DNA from: Amoebidium appalachense
Taxonomy: Eukaryota; Protista; Ichthyosporea
Direction: 5' to 3'
Length of the DNA stretch: 64,000 bases
Assembly: GCA_963693365.1 (NCBI GenBank)
Contig: CAVNZM010000004.1
Coordinates: 13,067,088-13,131,087, forward strand
Numbering within the stretch: the first letter of the stretch is position 1; each line of letters begins with the position of its first letter. Of this stretch, positions 1 through 27,865 are shown one piece after another. Below the pieces are notes generated by a model, which saw only the letters and a program-made list of their open reading frames with translations, was not told the DNA's origin and ran no database searches. Position numbers and translations under genes: made by a program.

Positions 1-709
1 CCCCCCCCCCCCCCCCCTCCTTCCCCCCCCCCTACGTAGCTTCCCCCCCTACGTAGCTTCCCATACAGCCTCGAGATCATGGCTAGTATGCACCAGAAGA
101 AACGGACTCCGGGCTCCCTGAGCAACCCCCCCCCCACCCTTCCCTCCCCTCCCGTTAGTTATCTCCGTACCAAGCCGGCGCTTTTGAGTCTGAGTTACTA
201 GTGCCAGATCTAGAAAAAGACTCTCCTCCCCGGCCCCTTCTGGCGCCCGGGGGCCCGCTGTTCCCCAGTTGCCCACAAAAGCCCCATGCTTACATGTCTA
301 GGTTATGGACCAGAAGAACCCTTTGCCCTCGGAGTCCCCTGTCCCGTTACTTGGTTTTCCCACAAAGCCTCATGCTTATATGTCTGAACTTTGAAAGGTT
401 TTGCACCAGAAGAAAATGCACATACACAGTTACACACCCCACATAGGGGTCCGGCACACATACAAACTGCAACAGTGACACCGTTACTTTAAATATACCG
501 TTGACACATCATTTATTCGGAGGGGCAGAACCCGTGCTGCCCCCATTTCTCCACCAGTAAATTTACAAAAAAGACCCACACAGCTATTTACTTAGAAATC
601 CACACGTGTACATGTGAGCCTCAATATATCTATTTTTTTTTCTTCTTTTTTTTCTTTTTTCCCCCCTCCGGCACACCTAGCAAACCCTAAGTCCCACCCC
701 TCTAGTAAT

Positions 710-16159
<15,450 letters not shown>

Positions 16160-17135
16160 CTGTGTGATGGTAAACACGTGTTAGGTTTGCAGAGTAACAA
16201 AGAACCTAGCTAGTTTAGTGGTATTATGGCGTGAAAATGCGACCTAATACGGCAACATGCTTGCCCCGTCGCACCACGACCACGGCACAGTTGCTTTCCT
16301 CGCTCTGCCAGACAAGACTCAGGATTCCAACTACAGGTCGCGTTCAAAGAACAACTGCAAAGAAAGATGGCATACCTTCGCCCCAAGCACGGCCGCTCCT
16401 GCCGTGTGCACACCTAACTTGAGGTCAAACTATGTGCCAATAACTCCCTCCGTTCTAAAAACTAGTTTCACGCTCAGCTATGCTTTGACTCTGTCACACA
16501 CAGCCGCCACGAACTTCGTGAAAACGAGTTTTCAGGGTCGATCCAAAAATAGATTTTTGGTTTTATTTATCGTATGATTGATTGGTTGCAAGGGTCTATA
16601 GTGAATTTACATTGGTCCATGTTTTGTTGCTAAGCTTGTGATTGGATTTCAAACCTTCAACTTTTCTTTGCGTAATTGTTGGTCTTCGGAGTTTTTGCGC
16701 AAGTTTTGCATGACGAGCCACAATCAGCTCTATGGGGAACAGAAGGAGTTTGGGGGGTATGCTGCCGGCCAAAATGCATATATGAACTAACCTCCATTTC
16801 CTCCGGATACACGTGACAACTACCAACATGCTCAAGCGGTACACCTGTATAGCATACCTAGGAAGGCAGATCAAGATAATAATAGGTAAATAATGTGTTT
16901 TATATTTTACAATAATAGTCTTGTAGCTTAAGTCATAGTTGTAAGGTGACTTGACCTGAATGATAACGCTGAAGGTGCTCTGGTAAAAAGCAACCATGGT
17001 AAACTAGATCTGGCTGGCTTTTGCCCTTTTCAACTAACCAGCGAAGCGATTTAATTGGCGACATTTAGTTGTTGCTATCAAGTTTATTTTGCGCGCGGAT
17101 ACCTTGTATTTCTCTCTAGTAGCCAAAATGTCCAG
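16160..17135. promoter_or_regulatory. Probable bidirectional promoter / 5' UTR region between COPA and TAF8-like
   Basis: Divergent start codons ~1 kb apart; region free of microsatellites; GATTGG (CCAAT) at ~16580 and ~16640; branch point plus CAG directly before the COPA ATG suggests a 5' UTR intron. Confidence 0.55.
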
Positions 17136-19220
17136 ATGGAGCCAACCAACAAACCCACGAGAGCCAAAAGAGGCAGTAGCAAGTCGAACACACCAAAGGG
17201 CAATGTTGACCTGGAACAGTATATGAATGGCATACTGCGTCGTGCTGTTGCAACAATATGCTACGAGGAAGGGTTTAGACGTGCTAGGCCCGCAACCCTA
17301 GACACGCTTGCTGACCTGGTCTCTTCGTGTAAGTACCTAGTTGCCAGTAGTTTTTTTTAGTTGCCTTCTTAACCTTTTCTCTCTCTCTCCCTCCCTCCCT
17401 CCCATCCTCTCTCCCTCCCTCCCTCCCTCCCTCCCCCTCCCGCCCCCTCCCGCCCCTCTCTTACTGTGTTGTTCCCCTCTTTTCCCCTCTTTTTGCCCTG
17501 CGACCTCCCCTCTTCTCCCACCTGCCTTGTCTTCTTCTTCTTGTGGTGCTTGCATCAGATTGGGGTGTCCTTAATCCTTTGGCTTTCCCGCGTCTTGTAT
17601 GATTCTCTCCCTCTGCCACTTTCCCTCCACCTCTCCCTCTTACTCCCCCCTTCTCCTTGTCCTGTCATCTCTCTCTTCCCTATTTTCTTTCTCCCTCCTC
17701 TTTTTCGCTTCTGAGTGTCCGTCTCCCCTTCTCTCCGTTAATGGAAGAATCAACGAAGGTCTGTGGGCAACAATGATACTTTTATGCTTAGAGTTTGGAA
17801 CTCCTTTTCCTCTGTCCTTCCCCTCCTCCCTCTCCCTCCCTCCATTTCTCAGTCCCCCTCCCTCACTCATACTCTCGAAATTACTGATAGTATTATTAAG
17901 AATATAAATGGCTGTTGGAACCTTCTAGTAATCTGCACAATGAGCAGGCATGGCATTGTGGCTCTTGTAGCTGGGGGTTGCACTCGTCCCAATCTTATTG
18001 CCTCTTTCCCTATACCCCCCCTCCCCCCCCCCCCCCCCCCCTACCCCGCGGGGTGCCAGCTGCCCATGCCTGCCCACCTCTCCAAAGATGACCCTTGCTC
18101 CTACGGGTTGTGCATATGGATGGGGCTTTTAGCTTTGGTTGTGCATATGGATGGTGCTTTTAGATTTTTTCCCTCTGTGTCCTCTCCATGTGGTAGTTTC
18201 CTAGCCCACCCTTTCATTCTCTTCTGTTTGGGTGCTTGAGATCTCCTCCATAGCATCTTCGCCCCCCTCCCCCCCCCCTCCCCCCCCCCCCCCCCCACCC
18301 CCAATAATCCCCCAACCCCCCACCTCCTGAACTGCACAATGCATTCATTATCCCCCCCCCCCCCCCCCCTATGCATACTCTTTATGTATAGTTTGCACTC
18401 TGCATCGCGTTATCAGTTGTTCATGTGTACTTCGTAATTTATGACACATTCAACCCCCTCCCCCCCCCCCCCCCCGGCCTCCGACCTCATCTTCCCTCAC
18501 ACGTCCCTCTAACCCCTATCCCCTTTGCCTTCCCCCCGGCCACCAAGTGCATCAGCATCCTCCCCATCCTCCCCCCCCCCTTCCCCTCCCCTCCTTTCCC
18601 CTTCACCGCTTAATGCACCTTGCCCCTTCTCTACCCTTGCCTCCCGCCCTTGCGCCTTCTTTATATCAGTTGCTCCTTGCCACTACACCCTTATTTGGCT
18701 GGTAGCATACCAACACCCTGATCAAACCACTCTTTTATTTGTTTTTTCGTCTGGACCAACCAATGACAAATGTGTATGCAGTCTGTTGGGCGGTTGGGCA
18801 GAGTGCAAGAGAGAGTGCCGAAGCGACTGGAAGGTCCGAGGTCAACGTGACTGATGTGGCCCGCTCGTTCCCGTTTTTGGGTAAGCAACGGCTTGTGTGG
18901 GTGTGGGTGTGGGTGGGTGGGTGTGGGCGTGTGTGGGTAGCTGGGTGGCTGGGTGGCTGAGTGGGTGGGTGGATGTAGGTGTATGTGCTCGTGCATTCAT
19001 ATTTGTTGGCTGTTTCGGCTCTCATCTCCTTCCTACCAATTGATGGTTCTGTTTTATCTCCAGGTGTGACTGCCAGGGCCCTTCGACCATATGCAGAGGC
19101 CTTTGCTGTATCCCATCCTCGATGTGAAGAGAACCAAGATGGTGACGAAGAAGGTGGGCACAAACATTCGTTATTATTTTCTCTTTCTCTGAACCCCCCC
19201 CCCCCCCCCCCCACCTTCCA

Positions 19221-19294
<74 letters not shown>

Positions 19295-20049
19295 CCCCGG
19301 ACCATTTACGGGGGAGTGGCTTTCTTTTGGCTTTACCAAGGCAGAAACACAACAACTACCTCACACAGACACACACTTCCGCACACCCACACTCGTGAAC
19401 AATTTTTCTGCAGCTCACTGTACGGTCACTATGTGCCTTGCCCGTGCCTATTTATCATACTGCTGCCACTGAGCACCGTCCTTGTATTTGCAACCCCTCC
19501 TCCCCCCTCCCCCCCCCCCCCCCCCCCCCCCCCCTCCCTCCCCGGTGTTTTGGATTTCTGCTTCATGAACAACTCTGCTCGTTTTTGTCCAAGAAGGGAT
19601 TATTCGTCTAAATATAGATATTACTGCTGAAACAAAGGATAGGCCGGGAGCCACACACACGTGTAAAGGAAACCATTATTTTGTAGAGGTGCGGAAATCC
19701 CTCTGGCAGTGGGCTCTGGTCAAGTGTTTTCTGCTTGCGCTTTTTCAATTCGAGTTGTGTGTTTTGTTTTTGTGGCTGATGTCTTTGCTCCCATGTCTGC
19801 CATCCTTTATGGCATATCCCCCTTTTCTCCCTCCCTCCCTCCGTCGCCCTGCCCCCTCTCCCTCCGCCTCCACCCCTCTCTCTGGCGGTCCTGGTGCTAG
19901 TGCCAACACCACCCACCCGCGTCACCACTGCACTCTGTATGTGCTTTGCCTCCCTGCTCTCCTTTTTATCCACATGCTTCCATTCACCCATCATGCAGTG
20001 ATTTTTTTGAACCGACATGCTCTGGTGCATTCAGCCACGAATTTGCTTT

Positions 20050-20116
<67 letters not shown>

Positions 20117-20318
20117 AGAGCATTGGGTTGATGAAGAGCGAGGAGGGGTAAAGAATAGAGAGCGAGGGTGTTGATTGTTCCTGCGGGGGGAGGGGGGAGG
20201 GGGGGGATTAACCCTGACACACCAAGTGCAAGCAAGAGTTCATTGTATGCTTCAGTCATTGGAAGGAAGGGCTCTGTGTTTGTGTGTGGTGGTGGGGGCT
20301 TTTTTCCTTTTCTTTTTC

Positions 20319-20406
<88 letters not shown>

Positions 20407-20835
20407 CGGGGGGAGGGAGAGGGGGAGGGGGAGGGGGGATGGAGGTCTTGGCCACACGGGGACCGCTAGGATTTGTATGTCTTTCAAACACTATGGATAG
20501 AAAACATTTCCTTTCACATTGGTGTTCTGCATCTACCTGCACAGGATGAGCATTAGGTGCTGCCACCCAAGCACAGGTTTCACATAGCCTCGTTGGATCT
20601 GACAAAAACATTGAACAGTACTAACGTCACCACTTAACCATGCAGAGTTCCAGCCAACCCCGATTGTCCTTCCCCCATCCGGTGTGCCCAAACCAGCCCC
20701 CCACCCCGTGTACTCCTCAACCTCTGCTGCCACTGTGGCTAAAAATACCCTTAGTGACCCACCTTGTGTACCGGCTCATTGGCCACCGTTTCCTGCCCCC
20801 GATACGCTGGCTCACGGCACTCATCCCACGGTATT

Positions 20836-20898
<63 letters not shown>

Positions 20899-21494
20899 GG
20901 GGGATGCACACGTCGGCAGCAGTGTTATGGTTGTCGTACGGGTAAAGGTTGTGCACCATGGATATATCTGAAGTTCTGCAGTTTTGAAGCTCTCTCATGC
21001 TCACCTTAACCGAACAATTTCCAGCCTTTCCTCTTCTGATGGGCCCCCTTTGTCTCCTCCCGCCTTCCTGCTCTCAGTGTCCCGCCCCCTGGGGGGGGGG
21101 GGGGGGGGGTGAGTGATGGTATTGTAGAGCTCGTCATGGTGTGAATTGGGGCGGTCGAGGGGGTTTGGGGGTGCAATTGCAGTGGCTAAGACAAGCTGTT
21201 GACCTGGAGGAGAAGAGCAAATACGGTTCAAGGCATATCGATTTGTTCGGGTCAAGGGATGTTATGTCAGCAGGTGCTAACACCCAGCCTACCAAATTGG
21301 TCCATGCAGGGTACGGCCACACATCAAGGGGTAGCCATGCCGGCTGCTAGTGCAGAAGAGGAGGCACAGGGTATGTTTATCGTTTGGTTGGTTGTCTTTT
21401 TTTTTTAACCATGCTTTTATTCTTTCCTTTCCTTTTTGTTCCTTTCATTTCTTGCTTTCTGGAGGGGAGACGGGGGAGTGTGTGGGTGCGTGGG

Positions 21495-21564
<70 letters not shown>

Positions 21565-21704
21565 AGCGTGTGCGCGCATGTGTGTGTATGTGTGTATATG
21601 TGTGTGCGTGCATGAGCGCGCACACTCATGTATGTCTGGGAACATTTATTTGAGAGGAAGGAAACTATTAGGTGTGTGCGTCTATGTTTGGTGGTTGGGT
21701 GTGT

Positions 21705-21773
<69 letters not shown>

Positions 21774-21908
21774 AGTTGAAGGGTTTTCGCTATGTCTCTG
21801 TACTTGTAGATGTGGTCATCGTGATTTTGTGTGTGTGCGTGTGCGTGTGCACATGTGTGTGTGTGTTTTTGTGTGTGTCGGTGTGTCCGTGTGCGTGCTG
21901 TGTGGGTG

Positions 21909-21987
<79 letters not shown>

Positions 21988-23340
21988 ACCTGCCTGCCTG
22001 CCTGCCTGCCTGCCTGCTTGCGTGCGTGCGTGCGTACGTGTGTGCGTGCGTGTGCGATGTGCGTCCCGTGCGTGTGTGTGTGGCGTGTGTGCGTGTGTGT
22101 GTGTGTGTGTGTGCGTGTTAAAGGGGGGGGGGGGGGGGGGGGGGGGGGAGGGACTTCCTGATAAACAGGGACTTAGATGACGTGTGGGAGTGGAAATAGT
22201 TCCTGGGGCTGGTGAATATGTATGGCCATGTGTGGTTGTTGTTCCTTTCTTGTCTGTGTGTACGACCACCTGTCACAGCCTGTTTGCAAAGCGTTTTGTG
22301 TGTGCACTCATGCACGTGTGCGTGCTTGCATGTGTGTGTGTGTTTGTGTGTGTGTGTGCGTGTACGTGTGGGTGTGTGCACATGTGAGTGCATGTGTTTT
22401 CGGGGGGATGCAGGGGGGGGAAGGCCGGGGGGGGGGGGGGGGGGGGAGTAGGAGGATTGCTAAGATCTGACTGAGCATTTTTTTTTCTGCAGGTGGTGTG
22501 CAGGACTCAGCAGCACCGGAGCAGTTAGTGTTGTGTCGGGCACTGGTGGCAGCTATCCTGGACAGACTACCCCATGAACAGCACCATACAGAGTCCATGG
22601 AAGACCTACCCCCACTCATATTAAGTGCTATCGGATATGGTGAAGGGGAAACGACGGTTAGTGAACAGTTGGAATTAAAGAACGGTGAGTCGGTAGATGT
22701 GAGTGTGGGTGTGTCGGAAACGAAAACGGGGGAGGGGGATGTTGCTACTGTTGTGCAAGGGGTTGAATCTAAGAACGAACATGTTGAACAGGCGAGGACA
22801 CCCTCCAGTCGCAGTCGGTTTGCACCTAGGATTAGCCAATCACGTATACCCGTTAAAAAGGCTGTGCAGAAACCAAGCGGGGAACGAATGATCGACACGA
22901 AGCAAGATACCGACCCTGATTCAGACGGGATAGGTGCGAATGAGAAAGACGGTAAGGGTACGAAACGAAAACGAGGCGACGACGAATGTGGAATGAATGA
23001 AAAAACCATGAGAATCGGCAAGGTTCAAATAGGAGCCAAGGATGGAAAGAAAAGGGGTAGAGGCCAAAGCGGAAACCATGCAGACACATCTGATGAAGAT
23101 GACCGTGAAAGCGACGATTCGGACAATGCAAGTGACCAATCCCCAGGCCCAAACCAGAAACGTGGAGCAACAACCACGGGGCAAAAACGACAGAAATCAA
23201 CCGGCGATGTTTCTTCTCCGAAAAAAGAAATAGAGCACTTTGGGGAAGAGAAACGAAGTCTTAGAACAATCAGTAAGCCAAAAGGCAAGGAAACGAAACG
23301 GAATGTGAAAGAGCAGAGCGCAGTTGTTAAACGAAAGTAA
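17136..23340 (+). CDS. TAF8: TAF8-like TFIID subunit (bromodomain-associated histone fold, proline-rich TAF8 motif, charged low-complexity C-terminus), multi-exon
   Basis: Exon 17136-17328 [30 protein letters not shown] splices in phase to 18782 ([30 protein letters not shown]), giving a histone fold; exon near 20650-20830 has [16 protein letters not shown], similar to the TAF8 PxHxPPFPxPHTY motif; large terminal exon from ~22493. Internal exon and stop positions are uncertain. Confidence 0.75.
18370..18454 (+). repeat. Copy of the intronic tail repeat, embedded in poly-C in TAF8-like intron 1
   Basis: tatgcatactctttatgtatagtttgcactctgcatcgcgttatcagttgttcatgtgtacttcgtaatttatgacacattcaa closely matches the reverse complement of 1432-1520; C-runs on both sides. 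Confidence 0.85.
21907..22017. repeat. (GCCT)n tetranucleotide microsatellite
   Basis: Long near-perfect TGCC array. Confidence 0.9.
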
Positions 23341-23718
23341 AGATGGAGATGATAGTGTGACGGATAACGAGGGAGAAGCTGAGCTGCCTGCAACACCCAA
23401 ACGTGAGCGTACGATGGGACAAGGTCGAGCAGCAACAGGGGCAAAGAGGGGAAGGAAAAAAATTGACTAGATAGGGAACACACGGTAGATTGAGGTGTGT
23501 TGGTGGGGGTGGTGGGTCTGTGCATGTGGGTAGAAAGCGTGGTTAGGTAGATGGGTGTGTGGGTAGGATGGCGTTAGTGGATCGAGATTTGTGCTTCTTT
23601 ATGGCAGGGCTGGCTGTGTGTCTTTAGGGAATGAAGACCGTGTGGTAGTTGTCCGAAAGTGTTTTTCTTTTCACCCATTTTCTTCTTATTTCTCTCGTTC
23701 CCTCTGTATCTTCCTCTT

Positions 23719-23764
<46 letters not shown>

Positions 23765-23778
23765 GTTTTTTTTTTTTT

Positions 23779-23809
<31 letters not shown>

Positions 23810-24657
23810 TTAAGTGCGAAGGGTTTCCTGTTATCTCATTCTCTTCTCTTACGCACTTGCCCCCCCCCCCCCCCCCCCCCCGTCACTGGGAGTAAGAACA
23901 GATTGCAAGAGCAATATTGCTTTAACAACCGTATGAACAAATCGATAGGAAAACTGCATATATATTTCGTTTTTCGCTGTTGTAATTACTTAGAATGAAT
24001 TGATGTTTGAATAAGGCACCTTTCCTCTGCTATTGTTTGTCCCATTACCAAGCACCACTTAATATAGTATGTGTTATTCTCCTATATATACGTATGGTCC
24101 CTTTTGAACTTGATAATACAATGAGTTATTAGCAACGGCTATCTTCCAGTCCCCTGTGTCTAATATTAGTATCGGAGTGCACAGCCTGCAACTCATCCCC
24201 CCCTCCCCTCCCCCCCCCTCTCCCCACACGCACACACACACGCAAGCACACACAAGCACACACCACCCCACTCACCATCCTCATCCCATTTAACGTTCAT
24301 CCCCTCCCTCCCCTCCCCTCCCTCCCCCCTCCCCCCCCCCCCCCCCTTCCCCCCTTTCACCGCACCTCTCGACCCATTCACCCCATCCACCCACCCCCAC
24401 CCCACCCTCACATTAACGACACAAATGCACACCGTGATGATTTGTCTTACATATGTACACTCACAGCCCGCCTGTTACAGTAGTCACCTTCCTCCTCCCC
24501 CCCCCCCCCCCCCCTCCCCCCCGGGGCCGCCGCCTGCCTGCCTGCCTGCCTGCTTCGCATTCACCCACGCCGGCCACACCCTCAAATAATGACACTGGCA
24601 TGCACACAGCAAGGCCTAAACACACTTACAACCCATGCTGTTAAAACAGTACTCCCC

Positions 24658-24695
<38 letters not shown>

Positions 24696-24705
24696 TGCCC
24701 ACAAC

Positions 24706-24746
<41 letters not shown>

Positions 24747-26117
24747 TCATCCTCCCCTTAATTCCGAATCCGTTTTATTATGCACTTGTGCTGAGTAAAC
24801 ATCCTTCGTCTCCACACGTCCATTCCCCTTTCCTGCAAGCAAAATAGTGTAGGAAGACAGCCACAAATCCCCCTATACCTATATACAAATGTAGATGTGA
24901 GTGAGTAATGGGTGTATATTTATCCTGTAAATCCGGTGTATATATAGCTTGGGGCGCCGCAGGCGCTCCTCGTTTAGTGTGTGGCCGTGCTGGAAAACGC
25001 AGTACGCCACACATGCACACGAAGGGCTGTGCTTCCACCGTCTCCCAAAATATGGGCCGTGTAAACCGTAGATGTGCAACAGGAGCAATTAAAAAAAAAC
25101 CCCCCAAAATTCTACCCACCCAAGCCCCGCCATCAAAGATCCAACGGTCGCAGGGGAAGCACATGAAGCCCCCCCAAAATGAAAAAGAACTCTCAGTACA
25201 TTGTTGGATGAGCCAACGCAAAAGCAACTGTTTTCTAGACCCGCACCTTATTCTTTCGTTACGGCACTACTGACTTATAAAGATACCATTCGATAGACCC
25301 CCCTCTTCTCATCCCCCCCCTTCCTCTGGTGCAAAATTTTCCCTGTGAAAGGGGGGGAATTCGAATGGGTAATAGCTATCACCGTGTGGGGAGGGGAGGG
25401 AGGGGACGGAGTGAAGGAGCACAGAAAGGGGCCCCTGGGGGGGAGGAGGGAGGAGGAATGGGAATAGGGGGCTCTCGTTGCACGTTTTTGGGAAGGGTGA
25501 GGAGGATACAGCGAGGGAGGGGAGGGGGGGAGTGGGCTGGGGTGGAGGGAGGGCCGTGGGAGGAGGTAAAGCAGGGAATTTTGCACCCACTCTGCCATAC
25601 ATTATCTCCTCGTTTATTCATACACCTCGGATCAGGCCCCGGGCCAAAGTGTATGAATGCCAGAGGTGTGTAAAACACGAACATAACAGTTTCACCGGGT
25701 AAATTGCCATATATGGTGTTGTGTCTACATTATCCTACGGGCGGTTGAGGACACTTGTTTGGGTGGTTAGACACCCTAGTTACCTATGCAGCTTCCACTC
25801 GCACCGTGCCCCTCCCTCCCCCCTGCTCAAGTGGGTTCGCTGGGTGACTCGGTACCTAACCTTTTGAAACATGCCAAAATCGATTTTCAAACCCAGAACA
25901 GTAGGCAAAAATGTACTACATGGTATAAATATTCGTCGCGAATAAGGCCTTTTCTACACAAGTCTTGAGTCTAGGAAAGTAGGGAGGTGTTCTACTTAGC
26001 GAAAATTCCCCCATGCAAAAACTTCCTGTAACCCCCCCCCCCCCCCCCCCCCCCACTCCCCCTCCCCCCGCTCCCCCCCCCCCCCCCTCCCCCTCCCGCC
26101 CCCGCCTCCTCCCCCCC

Positions 26118-26582
26118 AGGGCCCAACCACATCGGCAGAGTCAATTGTAAAAAGCAGAATTATTCTGCAAAAGCGGAATAATTCTGCAAAAAGCACAATT
26201 ATTCTGTTTTTGCAGAATAATTCTGCAAAAGCAGAATCACTCTGCTTTTAGCAGAATCACTCTGCTTTTAGCAAAATTATTCTGCTTTGCAGAATTATTC
26301 TGCTTTTAGCAGAATTATTCCGCAAAAAGCAGAATCATTCTGCTTTCGGCAGCAGAATAATTCTGCTTTCAGCAGATTGATTCTGCTTTTAGCAGATTGA
26401 TCCTGCTATTTGCCGAGTGATTCTGCTTTTAGCAGATTGATTCTGCTTTTGCAGAATAATAATTCCTTTAAGTAGATTGATTCTGCCTTTGCAGAATGAT
26501 TCTGCTTTTTGCAGAATAATTCTGCTTTTTGCAGAATAATTCTGCTTGGAGCAAGTTGACTCAGCCGATGTGGTTGGGCCCT
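26118..26582. mobile_element. MITE/foldback-like non-autonomous element with ~27-bp TIRs and internal palindromic repeats
   Basis: AGGGCCCAACCACATCGGCAGAGTCAA (26118-26144) is the inverse of 26556-26582 with 1 mismatch; the interior is ~20 variants of GCAGAATAATTCTGC; C-runs on both flanks. Confidence 0.8.
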
Positions 26583-27309
26583 CCCCCCTCCCCCCTCCCC
26601 CCCCCCTCCCCCCTCCCCCCCACTTCTCCCTCACCCATGTCACCCAGGTGTCCCATCCTCCCGTAAGATTGTTGATAAGGAGTATTACCCCCCCCCCCTC
26701 TTCCCAACTCTTCCCTGTCCCTCATCATGCGGATGCGCGGCCTGCGGCCATCTATAACTATGCCGCGGCGTTATAAGTCAAAGTGCTAGCCGGGAGTGCC
26801 CTGCCCCCCCCCCCCCCCCCCCTCCCCCCACCCACCCACTCACCCACTCACCCACCACCACCACCACCGCCCCCCCCCCTCCCCCCCCTCCCCACTACAC
26901 CGTTTCCCCCTTTATTACACACAGGCACACCGGCACACCCCACCCAGCCCTCATTCCCCCTCAAAACACAGGCTTCTATACACACCTCCTTACTCACACA
27001 GCATGTGACACAACATGACTGATTATGCAGGCCACAGAGGTTTGAAATTACTATGGTAACGTTGATATCTACCTCCCTCTAATTAGGGGTGGTGACCAGT
27101 AGCAAGGAATCTTGGGATAGAATTCGGAATTTTGATGTATTCGAGATAAACTTAGGAATTCGCTCATCATTAGTCGTCAATTAAAGTTCTATAAAGTTCT
27201 GCGCTTCGACGGTCAGAAGATTCCTGCATTAGCTCTACAGGAATCAGTCGTGGCTCCTCCTTCCCTTCTACCCTCTCCACAGTGATTGCACAATGCAAAA
27301 AGACCGAGC

Positions 27310-27341
<32 letters not shown>

Positions 27342-27865
27342 CCCCCCCAACCCCCCAAACCCCCCACACCGGGACCGGCCCTGGGTTCTCTACATGACCT
27401 TTCCACTCGAGTATGTTTAGAGCTACCGTATAAAGTTTTGTTCCACCCGCTTCGGTGTACATATGTGTGTCTGGGCGACTGGATTGGTTGTGTGCAGTGC
27501 CGTGCGTGCGTGCGTGCGTGCGTGCGTGCGATCACCTTTTTCGTATGGCTATGATCACAGAATTCCGAGAATGTAAGAATAACTTTTTAAACGCATCTGG
27601 GCTGACCCCCCCCCCCCCCCCCCCGGCAGGTGCGGTACATACTTGAGATTTATTAAGCAGTTTAAGCTTTATTAAGCACCTTAACCGAATCAACAAACAG
27701 CACATATTACATTCTCGGGTGAAATGGCAGCAGCACAAATCCTGCTGCTGTTTTGAGCAATAACATCAGCCGCCATTCATACATTATTCAACATATACTC
27801 AGTTTTTAGACTTGCATATTAAAAACACACAACCTTCTAATAGGGACAGGGCTACACACGATTCA

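Noticed and set aside
16596-16997. 133-aa ORF between COPA and TAF8-like
   Set aside because: AT-rich codons unlike neighbouring genes, no recognisable motif; lies in a probable promoter region.
21183-21372. Second frameshift in a TAF8-like exon
   Set aside because: In-phase alternative GT donors exist before the TAG, so no frameshift is needed.
26145-26555. CRISPR-like array of palindromic repeats
   Set aside because: No unique spacers (only short A/T runs), eukaryotic context, no cas genes; bounded by TIRs.
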